From assembly GCA_014801985.1 (NCBI GenBank), contig JAAVDD010000010.1:35107-99106 (forward strand): 64,000 nt of DNA, in the 5' to 3' direction. Of the stretch, positions 26,092-36,301 are shown piece by piece. The DNA comes from Bacteroides sp. (GTDB lineage Bacteria > Bacteroidota > Bacteroidia > Bacteroidales > Muribaculaceae). A model generated the notes under the pieces. It did no database searches. It saw only the letters and a program-made list of their open reading frames with translations, and was not told the DNA's origin. A program made the translations under genes and the position numbers. Each line of letters opens with the position of its first letter. The stretch's first letter is position 1.

Positions 26092-27747
26092 TTATTTTGT
26101 TTTATCATCCTTGGCAGTCTTACTCTGATCTGCCTTGAGCATCTCCTTGCTTTTTCCTGACATCATTATCTCCTGTGCCTTCTTAACAGTCGCATCCCTT
26201 TCATTGAGAATCTCTATGAATGCATCATAGCCAACAAGGTCACGAGCAAGGACAGCCCTCAATTGATTTAACAATAAATCACGAGATTGGTTGATATAAT
26301 ACCATCTTGCCGGCAGCCCTTGCGTGGCGGCCCAATCCACAAAGAGACTCAATAATGAATCCTCTCTTGGCACTATTCTATTCATAGCCGCCAATGTTTT
26401 CTCTTTCATAAGCGGACGGTATTTTTCCGACATCTCATGGCAGAATTTCTGAATCAGACCCTTGTTGACAGCCTCAATGTAATATGAGGTGTAGCCAGTA
26501 GTATCTTCGGGAACAAAGATATCAGGCATTATTCCTCCTCCTCCATAGACCGTGCGGCCCCCGACGGTGGAGAATTTTTTACTCTGATCGAATTTTATAC
26601 TATCCTGTGAATAGAACTCTCCATGATTGAATCGATCAACTATATCCAACTCATACTTTCCGTCACGACCTCGGCTATATTCCTTCTGAATCGAACGGCC
26701 TGAAGGGGTATAGTATCGAGCTACAGTCAGTCTTATCGCCGAACTATCGGGAAGTTCTGTCTGATTCTGAACCAATCCCTTTCCAAAAGAACGCCGGCCA
26801 ATCACAACTCCCCTATCATTATCCTGCATGGCTCCGGCGAAAATCTCAGAGGCTGATGCCGAGAACTCATTGGTGAGCACGGTTATATCAGCATCCTGAA
26901 AGCCGCCTGTTCCGTCACTGATCGCAATGGTTTCATTTTCCGGGGTACGCCCCTTTGTATAGACAATCATCTCTCCTGAAGGGAGGAACTCATTGGCCAT
27001 GAATATAGCCTGATCCATATAGCCACCGGAATTGTTACGAAGATCCACCATATATCCGGTCGCCCCTTTTTCCTTCAAATTTGTGAGGGCATTCAGGAAC
27101 TCTGAATATGTGGTGCGCGCAAACTTGCTCACCTTAATATACCCGGTCTTATTATCCGACATAAGATAAGCCGCATCTACGCTGTTGGAAGGTATCTCTC
27201 CTCGGACAATTTCATATTCCAACAGACTCTTGCTGCTTGATCTCTTGACCTTGATATTGACTTTTGTTCCCTCTTTTCCTCTGAGAGTTGAGAAAACATC
27301 TTCGTTTGTAGCCTTGGCACCGCTAAGTTGTTTACCTCCGGCCTCAATAATCTTATCGCCTGGCAACAGCCCAACCTTTTCTGCCGGACCCCCTGAAACG
27401 ACTTCGATCACATTAACAGTGTCATTGATGATTTGGAAAGATACGCCGACCCCTCCAAATGAACCTTCCAGTTCCTCATTAGTCTGTTTAAGGTCAGAAG
27501 CCGGAATATAGGCTGAATGAGGATCCAATGAAGTAAGAAGATCCGGAATTGAGGCCTCAAGCAGCGAGTCAATGTCTATTTCATCTACATATTGGCTCTC
27601 TATGAGGTCAAGAATGCGGTGAACCTTCTCCTGTGAAGGAGAGACACGACGCTGTTCTACAAACCTGCCGATGAACACACCGCCGATAAGGCCGGCGCAT
27701 AACACCACCGGTAACAATACATATCCTATGTTTCTTTTCTCTCTCAT
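26092..27747 (-). CDS. S41A carboxy-terminal processing protease (CtpA/Prc-like)
   Basis: LDPHS, PDZ GVGV, DLRNNSGG, SASASEI, SFGKGLVQ, TVARYYTPSG. Confidence 0.94.
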   Translation of the reverse strand: MREKRNIGYVLLPVVLCAGLIGGVFIGRFVEQRRVSPSQEKVHRILDLIESQYVDEIDIDSLLEASIPDLLTSLDPHSAYIPASDLKQTNEELEGSFGGVGVSFQIINDTVNVIEVVSGGPAEKVGLLPGDKIIEAGGKQLSGAKATNEDVFSTLRGKEGTKVNIKVKRSSSKSLLEYEIVRGEIPSNSVDAAYLMSDNKTGYIKVSKFARTTYSEFLNALTNLKEKGATGYMVDLRNNSGGYMDQAIFMANEFLPSGEMIVYTKGRTPENETIAISDGTGGFQDADITVLTNEFSASASEIFAGAMQDNDRGVVIGRRSFGKGLVQNQTELPDSSAIRLTVARYYTPSGRSIQKEYSRGRDGKYELDIVDRFNHGEFYSQDSIKFDQSKKFSTVGGRTVYGGGGIMPDIFVPEDTTGYTSYYIEAVNKGLIQKFCHEMSEKYRPLMKEKTLAAMNRIVPREDSLLSLFVDWAATQGLPARWYYINQSRDLLLNQLRAVLARDLVGYDAFIEILNERDATVKKAQEIMMSGKSKEMLKADQSKTAKDDKTK

Positions 27748-27803
27748 TTTCTATTGAAAGGCCGAGGCCGTTTGGTTCTTATGCCTGCTTTGTCAATGCC
27801 GGA

Positions 27804-28232
27804 TCATTCAAGGGGAAGATGGACAGTCTCCACACCTGCTTCGCGCAGAAGGTCGAGACCATCCGTTATTCTATACAATTCCGAGAACACCACTCTCTTT
27901 ATCCCCGCCTGGATTATCAATTTAGAACATTCCATGCATGGGCTTGCAGTGACATATAGGGTGCTCCCTTCGCTTGAGTTATTGCTTCGAGCCACTTTCG
28001 TGATTGCGTTGGCCTCAGCATGGAGAACATAGGGGAACGTCACCCCCTCCTCCGACTCGCAAATATTGGGGAATCCCGAAGGAGTGCCATTGAATCCATC
28101 GGAAATTATCATTTTATCCTTTACTATCAAGGCTCCCACCTTGCGTCGCACACAATATGAATTCTCGCTCCATATCGCTGCCATCCGAAGATACCGGTGG
28201 TCGAGCAATCTTTGCTTGTCTGCCTTCTCCAT
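27804..28232 (-). CDS. dCMP deaminase family protein
   Basis: SYCVRRKVGA, GFNGTP, HAEANA, PCMEC. Confidence 0.93.
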   Translation of the reverse strand: MEKADKQRLLDHRYLRMAAIWSENSYCVRRKVGALIVKDKMIISDGFNGTPSGFPNICESEEGVTFPYVLHAEANAITKVARSNNSSEGSTLYVTASPCMECSKLIIQAGIKRVVFSELYRITDGLDLLREAGVETVHLPLE

Positions 28233-28268
28233 GTCTCGACTAATTTATTTCACGAATTGACAATTAAA

Positions 28269-29216
28269 TTATAATTCCTCTTTTTCAAGAAGGAATCTCT
28301 CTGCATCCATCGCCGCGCGACAACCTGTTCCGGCTGCGCTTACAGCCTGACGATAGATGGGATCCGCGCAGTCGCCGGCCGCGAATACTCCAGGCACGTT
28401 GGTCTTGGTAGTCGGAGCGTCGACGATGATATAGCCTTCTGCATCTATATTTATCTGACCGCGGAATATATCAGTATTCGGACGGTGACCGATTGCAAGG
28501 AAGAAGCCATCTACTGCAACATCAAAACGCTCCTCTTTGTCTGTACCGAGATGACGTACAATATGCACGCCCTCTACTCCATCTTCACCGTAAAGCCCTT
28601 CAGCGTTGCAATTGAACAGCACCTCGATATTCTCCTTTGCCATCACACGGCGTTTCATCACGTCGGAGGCACGGAGATAATCCTTGCGCACAATCATATA
28701 GACTTTCTCTGCAAGACTCGACAAATAAAGAGCTTCCTCACAAGCAGTGTCGCCTCCGCCCACGACTGCAACTCTCTTCTTACGATAGAAAAAGCCATCA
28801 CACGTAGCGCAAGCACTAACTCCCAGTCCATTGTATTTCTCTTCATCAGGCAGACCGAGATATTTTGCGGAAGCACCTGTGGAGATTATCACAGTCTCCG
28901 CTTCTACAATCTCACCTCTTTCATCCTCGCATCGGAAAGGACGCTTGGAAAAATCCACTTTTACAATCTTGCGTGATTTTATCCTTGCTCCGAATCGCTC
29001 TGCCTGTTCGCGCAGATGAGCCATCATTTCAGGCCCCTCCACTCCTTGTGGATATCCGGGGAAATTTTCGATCTCTGTAGTCTGGGTCAACTGGCCGCCG
29101 GGCTGATCTCCTTCATAGATCATTGGGGAAAGATTAGCTCTTCCTGCATAGATGCCTGCTGTGTATCCGGCAGGTCCGGATCCGATTATCAGCACTTTTT
29201 CCAAGTTCGCACTCAT
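28269..29216 (-). CDS. trxB: Thioredoxin reductase
   Basis: GSGPAG, CATCDG, GGGDTA, FAAGD. Confidence 0.96.
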   Translation of the reverse strand: MSANLEKVLIIGSGPAGYTAGIYAGRANLSPMIYEGDQPGGQLTQTTEIENFPGYPQGVEGPEMMAHLREQAERFGARIKSRKIVKVDFSKRPFRCEDERGEIVEAETVIISTGASAKYLGLPDEEKYNGLGVSACATCDGFFYRKKRVAVVGGGDTACEEALYLSSLAEKVYMIVRKDYLRASDVMKRRVMAKENIEVLFNCNAEGLYGEDGVEGVHIVRHLGTDKEERFDVAVDGFFLAIGHRPNTDIFRGQINIDAEGYIIVDAPTTKTNVPGVFAAGDCADPIYRQAVSAAGTGCRAAMDAERFLLEKEEL

Positions 29217-29365
29217 AGTCTTTTAGATTTTTATCTTATCAGATAATGGTTATACATTCGGAGAGACTCTTTTTTATTCTCTCCTCTCGGAACCGGATTT
29301 TCCAGTTCCTATATTTAAAATAACAATTAAAATCAAATATTTATCATTTAATCCTGTCAGCATTG

Positions 29366-29992
29366 TCAGCGGAGATCCACAATCTGAGCATTTGGGAGCC
29401 TACCCTTCGGATATTCAAAAACTGAAGAAGAAAGGGCTGCTCCGTAGTTGCTCTTCACTATCGTGACAGTGGCCACACTCCCATCAAGCGAAGTAATCAC
29501 AAATTTTTCCGGTTGATAACTTTTCGCATTTAGAAAAAGAGTCACCTTCTTTACCGGAGCCTTCCGACTCTTGGCCTTCAGATCGACTATATATTTTCCG
29601 GTCTGTTTATTCTGTGAAAACGCCGCCTCAAAAAGTGAAGCATAGGAATTAAGGTATAGAAGAGGATTTATCTCTGCCAACTCCGATGGGGTAGGGGAGA
29701 CCACGGTGGTTTCCTTACTATTTGGATTATAGGTATATAGGTTTTTTCCATTATACCAAGACTCCATGCCTCCGGCCTTAACATAAAATTTGGAACCTGC
29801 CGCTTTAAGCTGTCCGCTTAAACTCTTCCCTTGACCGGATATAGTGTAATTCACCTCAATTCCTTTCGCGCCCTTCACCTCTCCGGCAGCCTTGGAAAGC
29901 ACTCCTTGTGCAGTCTGCGCCCTGGATTCTACCGAACAGATAAATCCTGAAAGAATCAGACATAGCAACATAAATATTTTATTTTTCATCAT
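29366..29992 (-). CDS. lolA: LolA-like outer-membrane lipoprotein carrier
   Basis: Signal peptide, WYNGKNLYTY, INP, IVDLR end; located in ftsK-lolA-trxB synteny. Confidence 0.7.
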   Translation of the reverse strand: MMKNKIFMLLCLILSGFICSVESRAQTAQGVLSKAAGEVKGAKGIEVNYTISGQGKSLSGQLKAAGSKFYVKAGGMESWYNGKNLYTYNPNSKETTVVSPTPSELAEINPLLYLNSYASLFEAAFSQNKQTGKYIVDLKAKSRKAPVKKVTLFLNAKSYQPEKFVITSLDGSVATVTIVKSNYGAALSSSVFEYPKGRLPNAQIVDLR

Positions 29993-30001
29993 CTTTTTAT
30001 T

Positions 30002-32845
30002 TTATGAATTCAGAATCTGCTCAAGGCCAATCTGGTCCACGAGGACTGCACGGGGCTTACCGCCTTGGGAAGCACCCACTATACCTGCCGCTTCAAGCTG
30101 ATCCATAATTTTTCCTGCCCTGTTATATCCAATGGAGAAACGTCGCTGGAGATAAGAAGTGGAAGCAGTTCCTGAATTAACCACTATCATAGCCGCTTCC
30201 TCAAACAATGGATCACGATCACCCGACGGTCCGCCACTAAAGCCGCCAGACTCACCATCTCCATCACCCATCATGGGTTCGGGAAGCAGATAAGGGCCTT
30301 GGCCGTAAGGTTGTTTCTCCACATAGTCGCATATTGCTTCAACCTCCGGCGTATCAATGAAGGCACACTGCACTCGTACCATTTCGGAATTATTGAAGAT
30401 CAACATATCACCTCGACCAATCAACTGCTGGGCTCCTGTTGTATCAAGAATAGTCTTGGAGTCAACACCTGATGAAACCTTAAACGACATACGTGCCGGG
30501 AAGTTCGCCTTGATGATACCTGTGATTACATTGGTTGAAGGACGCTGGGTGGCAATGATGACGTGCATTCCGACGGCTCGTGCCTTCTGAGCCAAACGGG
30601 CAATCGGCATTTCCACATTCTTTCCCGACACCATTATAAGATCACCAAACTCATCAACCACCACTACAATGTATGGGAGCACCCTGTGGCCTTCGGCCGG
30701 ATTTAATTTTCCTGCCTTGAATTTTGCATTATATTCCTCTATGTTGCGCGTGTGAGCATTCTTTAGAAGATTATAACGATTATCCATCTCTATACAGAGG
30801 GAATTAAGTGTGGCTTCCACCTTCTGCATATCGGTAATGACCGGTTCTTCATCCACTTCCGATGGAATTACAGCCATATAATGGTCTTTGATTTTATTAT
30901 ACAGAGAAAATTCCACCTGTTTAGGGTCGATCATCACGAATTTAAGCTCGTTGGGACGTTTGCAATATAGAAGCGATGCAATAATGGCGTTTAGACCCAC
31001 TGACTTTCCCTGACCGGTGGCACCTGCAACAAGGAGGTGAGGCATTTTTGCAAGATCTGCCATATACACGTCGTTGGAGATTGTGCTTCCGATTGCAACC
31101 GGGAGCACATGCTTTGACTCCTGAAATTTCTTAGATCGGATTATGGTGCGCATGGAGACCATCTGAGGATCCTTGTTCGCCACTTCAATACCCACAGTTC
31201 CTTTACCTGGAATCGGTGCAATGATACGCACACCCTTAGCTGAAAGACTTAGAGCGATGTCATCTACCAGCGAACGGATTTTAGCAATCTTCACACCTTT
31301 ATCCGGGACAATCTCGTAGAGCGTAACGGTCGGGCCGACAGTTGCCTCTATACGTGTTATGGGGATTCCGAAATCAAGAAGAGTATTTCGGATCTTATCT
31401 TTATTCTCAAGCTGCTCCTCATTGTCTACGCTTATACGCTCCACACCCGGACGCAGGATATCAAAAGGAGGGAAAGTATATGGAAAATTGTCAGCCGGCC
31501 CTTCTCCAACCTTATAGTGTGGAACGGTGGCTTCGGCAATCTGGTTCACATTGACACGCATAGTGTCGAGTGGACTTTCTTTCACTTCCGGTGATTCAAG
31601 GGCAGCATCTGCCTCTGATACACCCTCCTCCTTTGGAATCTCGGCAGCCGCAGACGGAAGGGGTTCAATCTCTTTCTCTTCAACTGGAGGTGCGCTCGGC
31701 AAGTCTTCGGAAGAAGCAGGCTCCAGGGCAGGGATATTATTCACAGAAGTATCAGTTACAGGAGGCATATATCTGTAATCATTCTCCATGTCGTTATAAT
31801 CGCGTGCAGACATGGGGGCAGTGGCAGTCACTGTCTCCACCCTGTCATTTGAAGGCGGGGTATAGGCGTCTTCCTCTTCAATAGAATATAGAGTCTGTGA
31901 AGGGGAAAAAGATACAGCCTCCTCAAGCGGTTCTGGAATAGGTTCCGGCTCAAGGCTCACCGTCTCGCCGGCTCTTAGGTCTTCGATTCGTTCCTCCTCC
32001 TGTCTTCTACGGATTTCTGCCAGACGTGCCTCTTCAGCCGCCTTCCTTTCGGCTATTATACGGCGTTTCTCATCACGCTTGCGTTTCAAGCGAATTATCC
32101 AGCCAACAAGGTCGCGTAGACAAATCACTATGAAAACAGCTATCATGAACAGACATATAAGTGATGCTCCAACACCACCAAAGAAGTGCATTATAAATTC
32201 GTTTACATAACGTCCATGATACCCTCCCCAGTTCACTGATGAATGTACAGCAATTGTGGTCAGGCCAACAATTAGAGAGACTGTGATAAGTGCGACAATA
32301 CATTTAATTGTGAAATCGACTGACTTGAATCTTGGGCGTCCCACAAGAAGTTTCAAGCACATTGCACCAAGCCATACCACAATTACAAATGAACCGAGAC
32401 CGAAAGTCTCGTTTATTAGAAATTCGGAAAGACGCGCACCCCCTTCTCCCGCAGAATTGGCTACAGGAGGAGCCTCGCCTACTCCATAAGTATTCACTAT
32501 TGATTGATCCTGAATGCAAGTTTTAAAATAGGAGAAGAAAGCAACACCAAGATAAATACAAACGCATCCTAAGAAAATGCCCACAAGCCAACGAGTGGAA
32601 GTGCTCGTTACCACTTCCATCACTTTTTCTTTTAAGGGTATACGATTTACATCTTTCTCTTTCTTAATTTGCCCTTCTGCCGGTTTTACTTTCCTTACCT
32701 TACGTTTATTTTCTTTCTTAACCTTCCTGGTATTCACCTTCTTACCCACAGTTCTCTCTCCCCCCTCGTTTTTCTCAAGGGTGTCGGCAAGGGGCAATTC
32801 CTCTGAATAGGTAATTTCCGGACGGTAGCTGTCGTAATCGCTCAT
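30002..32845 (-). CDS. ftsK: DNA translocase FtsK
   Basis: N-terminal TMs, acidic/Pro-rich linker, PHLLVAGATGQGKS, VVVDE, ATQRPS, gamma domain LQRRFSIGYNRAG. Confidence 0.96.
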   Translation of the reverse strand: MSDYDSYRPEITYSEELPLADTLEKNEGGERTVGKKVNTRKVKKENKRKVRKVKPAEGQIKKEKDVNRIPLKEKVMEVVTSTSTRWLVGIFLGCVCIYLGVAFFSYFKTCIQDQSIVNTYGVGEAPPVANSAGEGGARLSEFLINETFGLGSFVIVVWLGAMCLKLLVGRPRFKSVDFTIKCIVALITVSLIVGLTTIAVHSSVNWGGYHGRYVNEFIMHFFGGVGASLICLFMIAVFIVICLRDLVGWIIRLKRKRDEKRRIIAERKAAEEARLAEIRRRQEEERIEDLRAGETVSLEPEPIPEPLEEAVSFSPSQTLYSIEEEDAYTPPSNDRVETVTATAPMSARDYNDMENDYRYMPPVTDTSVNNIPALEPASSEDLPSAPPVEEKEIEPLPSAAAEIPKEEGVSEADAALESPEVKESPLDTMRVNVNQIAEATVPHYKVGEGPADNFPYTFPPFDILRPGVERISVDNEEQLENKDKIRNTLLDFGIPITRIEATVGPTVTLYEIVPDKGVKIAKIRSLVDDIALSLSAKGVRIIAPIPGKGTVGIEVANKDPQMVSMRTIIRSKKFQESKHVLPVAIGSTISNDVYMADLAKMPHLLVAGATGQGKSVGLNAIIASLLYCKRPNELKFVMIDPKQVEFSLYNKIKDHYMAVIPSEVDEEPVITDMQKVEATLNSLCIEMDNRYNLLKNAHTRNIEEYNAKFKAGKLNPAEGHRVLPYIVVVVDEFGDLIMVSGKNVEMPIARLAQKARAVGMHVIIATQRPSTNVITGIIKANFPARMSFKVSSGVDSKTILDTTGAQQLIGRGDMLIFNNSEMVRVQCAFIDTPEVEAICDYVEKQPYGQGPYLLPEPMMGDGDGESGGFSGGPSGDRDPLFEEAAMIVVNSGTASTSYLQRRFSIGYNRAGKIMDQLEAAGIVGASQGGKPRAVLVDQIGLEQILNS

Positions 32846-32940
32846 ACCTTATATATGATTTCTTTCTGTAGCTGTAATATTATTCTTTTTTCTCTTCAAG
32901 AAAGTCGGGAAAGTTAGACCTCCTCCCCTCTTCCTTTTAT

Positions 32941-33963
32941 TCAGCCTATGATTTCCTCCGGTTGAGGTTCGGAGAGAGGGTCTTCATGGATTGTGGTAGA
33001 ATTTTGCATCTCTTCCTCCTCAGAAGTGTTTATATCTTTCTCAGGCTCAATCTTCGGTTCCTCAGGATTTCTGATTTCCGGATTATCCTTCTTATCTTTT
33101 TTCAACGAATCCTCATGAGCCTCATTCATTTCCGTATCCTCCGGTTTCTTAACTTTCGGCTCCTTGGCTCCAATTGTTGAAGGAATCCAGGCTATCTCAT
33201 AACCCTCTTGAGCATTGACTTCCATATCCTTTTTTCCGGGGACCACTATAATGGGCATCCCGATAGTGACGTGCTTGACCAATTCAAGGATATTCTCATT
33301 GGTCACACGGATACAACCATGACTCGACCTATGCCCTATCGACCATGGTGCCACAGTCCCGTGAATACCAATCTGAGATGTATTGGGGCATTTAAGTCGG
33401 ATAAACCGGGGTCCAAACTGCCCTTTCTTTGGAGAAGTCTTACCATCGTCATCGGTGAAGAGCCATTCAGTGCTGTCATAAATTCCAGAGGCGGAAAAGA
33501 AACCTTCCGGAGTTCGTGAATCAGCTTTCTTATGTTTCGTACCATAGTTTTTTGCACAAGCCATACCATAAGAAAGTTTTTCACGTCCGTATTTATCAAG
33601 AAGCACCACCTTCATCCGACTTTTATCCACTATAATAAACCCATCGTGAGTGTTGTTAATCAGATTTTCGGCATATTCAAGGGAGTAATCCACTATCAAT
33701 GGGATTATACCTTCGGAGTATGCACCGGAATGAGGTGATTTCCTTAAATATTCTTTTAAGTCTTCTGCCGATGAAAAGCGTATTCTTGGAGGCTCCTTCG
33801 GCACGGTGTCTTTTTTGGTCTCTACTGTATCTGACGAAAGCAGTGTGCTCTCGTCAATCAAGATTGAATCGCCCTCTTCAAGGATGTCGGAAGAGCTCTG
33901 ACGCCCCCCCCCACATGACACAAGAAACAAGAGTAGCCCGAATGCTATATATAGTTTTTTCAT
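32941..33963 (-). CDS. L,D-transpeptidase (YkuD domain) lipoprotein
   Basis: Lipobox LVSC, TPEG, IGIHGT...SHGCIR, acidic C-terminal tail. Confidence 0.88.
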   Translation of the reverse strand: MKKLYIAFGLLLFLVSCGGGRQSSSDILEEGDSILIDESTLLSSDTVETKKDTVPKEPPRIRFSSAEDLKEYLRKSPHSGAYSEGIIPLIVDYSLEYAENLINNTHDGFIIVDKSRMKVVLLDKYGREKLSYGMACAKNYGTKHKKADSRTPEGFFSASGIYDSTEWLFTDDDGKTSPKKGQFGPRFIRLKCPNTSQIGIHGTVAPWSIGHRSSHGCIRVTNENILELVKHVTIGMPIIVVPGKKDMEVNAQEGYEIAWIPSTIGAKEPKVKKPEDTEMNEAHEDSLKKDKKDNPEIRNPEEPKIEPEKDINTSEEEEMQNSTTIHEDPLSEPQPEEIIG

Positions 33964-34005
33964 CTATTATTCTCGAATTTTGCTCGCGATTAATTTTTGG
34001 AAATG

Positions 34006-34013
34006 CAAATTTA
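34006..34013 (-). promoter_or_regulatory. -7 element for the L,D-transpeptidase
   Basis: TAAATTTG on the minus strand, 42 nt upstream of the ATG. Confidence 0.5.
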
Positions 34014-34126
34014 ATTATTTATTTTCGTTTATATATACTTTTTGAGTTTTTTTGATAAGAATATTTTTTCTACACCTCAATTCCTTTTTCATTATTCAAG
34101 AAATTTTATTAACTTCGCATATTGTC

Positions 34127-34336
34127 ATGAAAACATCCAAAAGTCTACGCCTGGCAGGAATCGGCATATTAGCCCTTCTCTGGCTTTGGCTCGCATGGGG
34201 GTTTCTTTCCGCCAAGGGAGTCACTCTCCTTAACCTTATTATTTTGGCAATGACCGGAATCATTATTTTTTTGCCTCTATACAAAAAATACATTCTGGGT
34301 ATGCCTAACGATTCTAATAAAGAAAACAAACGATGA
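34127..34336 (+). CDS. Small two-TM hypothetical membrane protein (69 aa)
   Basis: MKTSKS start after a TAACTTCG -7-like element; two hydrophobic helices; ATGA overlap with dxs. Confidence 0.6.
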   Translation: MKTSKSLRLAGIGILALLWLWLAWGFLSAKGVTLLNLIILAMTGIIIFLPLYKKYILGMPNDSNKENKR

Positions 34337-36297
34337 CAGATAGCAAAGGACACGTCTCCATCGCGGATTCCGCCGTGGATTCCAACCAAAAGGATTCTCT
34401 TCTCTCTCAAATCGATAGTCCGGAAGATTTACGCAAAATCCCTGTCGACCGTCTTCCTCAGCTTTGTGAAGAGATTCGGGAATTCCTTATCAGGAATCTT
34501 TCCCGGAATCCGGGTCATTTTGGTTCGAGCATGGGTGCTGTGGATTTAATCGTGGCACTTCATTACGTGTTCAATACCCCACGCGACAGAATGGTATGGG
34601 ATGTGGGGCATCAGGCATACGCACACAAACTCCTCACAGGGAGAAGAAAAGATTTCGATTCCCTTCGCAAATACGGTGGGCTGAGTGGGTTCCCCTCCCC
34701 TGCCGAAAGCGAATATGATACGTTTGTATGCGGCCATGCCGGAAACTCCATCTCTGCAGCCCTTGGTATGGCTATCGCTGACATGAACACTCCCGGACAG
34801 ACCGACCGAAAGACCGTAGCTGTCATCGGAGATGCATCCATCGGCAACGGCCTTGCCTTTGAAGGACTCAACAATGCCTCAAACAATCCTAATAATCTAC
34901 TTATCATCCTAAACGACAATGATATGTCGATTGATGATAATGTCGGTGCGCTTCACCGTTACCTCTCAGAGCTGACTACTTCTGCAGGATACAACAAGAT
35001 GCGTATGAAGCTATATAATAAGTTCCGCAAGAGGGGTTGGATAGGCGACAAAGGGAAGGGACTCGTATTGCGTTTCAACAATTCCCTTAAAGCGCTCATA
35101 TCAAAACGCCAGAATATCTTCGAGGGGCTTAACATACGCTACTTCGGTCCTTTTGATGGCAACGATGTCACAAAGCTTGTGAAAGTTCTTTCTGAAATCA
35201 AGGAAATGAAGGGTCCGCGCATTTTACATCTATCCACTAAGAAAGGGAAAGGATTCTCCACAGCAGAAGAGAATCCACAGGCCTGGCATGCTCCCGGAAA
35301 ATTCGACCCTGCCACAGGAGAGAAGATCTCTCAAAAGGGAAATATGGCATGGCAGGATATCTTTGGCCGGACTTTGGTGGAGATAGCCGGCGCAAATGAG
35401 AATGTGTGCGGCATCACCGCAGCCATGCCTTCCGGCACCTCTCTCTCATTACTTCAGGAAGCTCTTCCTCGCCAGAGTTTTGATGTGGGTATCTCCGAAG
35501 GACATGCCGTCACTTTTGCAGGAGGACTTGCAGCCGGAGGCAAGAAGCCTTTTGTAGCCATATACTCCTCTTTTCTGCAACGTGCCTACGATAATATTAT
35601 CCACGATATAGCCATTCAGGGGCTACCCGTAGTATTCTGTATTGACCGTGCCGGGATCGTGGGAGAAGATGGTGTCACTCATCATGGACTCTTTGATATA
35701 TCTTATTTACGTAATATTCCGGGAATGACTGTGGCATCTCCAATGGATGCACCCTCTTTGCGTAATCTTATGAAAACCGCCGAGCTCTCTTCAACTCCAT
35801 TTGCCATACGTTATCCACGGGGAAAGTCGGAGACAACATCCATTGATTCAGAGATGACAGCAATCCTGATTGGCAAGGGTAGAAAAGTTTTCGAATCCAA
35901 AACGCAAGGCCCTAAGGCAGCGATCCTATCAGTTGGTCCGGCTGGTCTGGATGCCATAAAAGCTGCGCAAGAGCTGGAAAAAGATGGTGTGGTCTGTGAT
36001 GTATTCGACATGATATGGATAAAGCCCCTTGACGAAGGTCTTATCGAGGAGATTTCAAAAAACTATGATCTTATAGTCACTGTGGAGGATGGGATCCGCG
36101 AGGGTGGATTCGGCTCAGCCGTACTTGAATTTCTGGCATCAAAAGGTGCGCAAATCCCCGTGGTGCGTCTTGGTGTTCCCTCTCAATGGGTGGCTCACGG
36201 AAGTGTCCAGGAGTTGAAGAGGGATTGCGGTTATGATGCCGATGGGATTATTGAATCTGTTAAAACCCACCTCCCCTCTCTTTCATTGAAGAAATAA
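34333..36297 (+). CDS. dxs: 1-deoxy-D-xylulose-5-phosphate synthase
   Basis: GHFGSS, WDVGHQAYAHK, GDAS..N TPP motif, DVGISEGHA, DRAG, HHG, IRYPRG. Confidence 0.96.
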   Translation: MTDSKGHVSIADSAVDSNQKDSLLSQIDSPEDLRKIPVDRLPQLCEEIREFLIRNLSRNPGHFGSSMGAVDLIVALHYVFNTPRDRMVWDVGHQAYAHKLLTGRRKDFDSLRKYGGLSGFPSPAESEYDTFVCGHAGNSISAALGMAIADMNTPGQTDRKTVAVIGDASIGNGLAFEGLNNASNNPNNLLIILNDNDMSIDDNVGALHRYLSELTTSAGYNKMRMKLYNKFRKRGWIGDKGKGLVLRFNNSLKALISKRQNIFEGLNIRYFGPFDGNDVTKLVKVLSEIKEMKGPRILHLSTKKGKGFSTAEENPQAWHAPGKFDPATGEKISQKGNMAWQDIFGRTLVEIAGANENVCGITAAMPSGTSLSLLQEALPRQSFDVGISEGHAVTFAGGLAAGGKKPFVAIYSSFLQRAYDNIIHDIAIQGLPVVFCIDRAGIVGEDGVTHHGLFDISYLRNIPGMTVASPMDAPSLRNLMKTAELSSTPFAIRYPRGKSETTSIDSEMTAILIGKGRKVFESKTQGPKAAILSVGPAGLDAIKAAQELEKDGVVCDVFDMIWIKPLDEGLIEEISKNYDLIVTVEDGIREGGFGSAVLEFLASKGAQIPVVRLGVPSQWVAHGSVQELKRDCGYDADGIIESVKTHLPSLSLKK

Positions 36298-36301
36298 GTC
36301 T

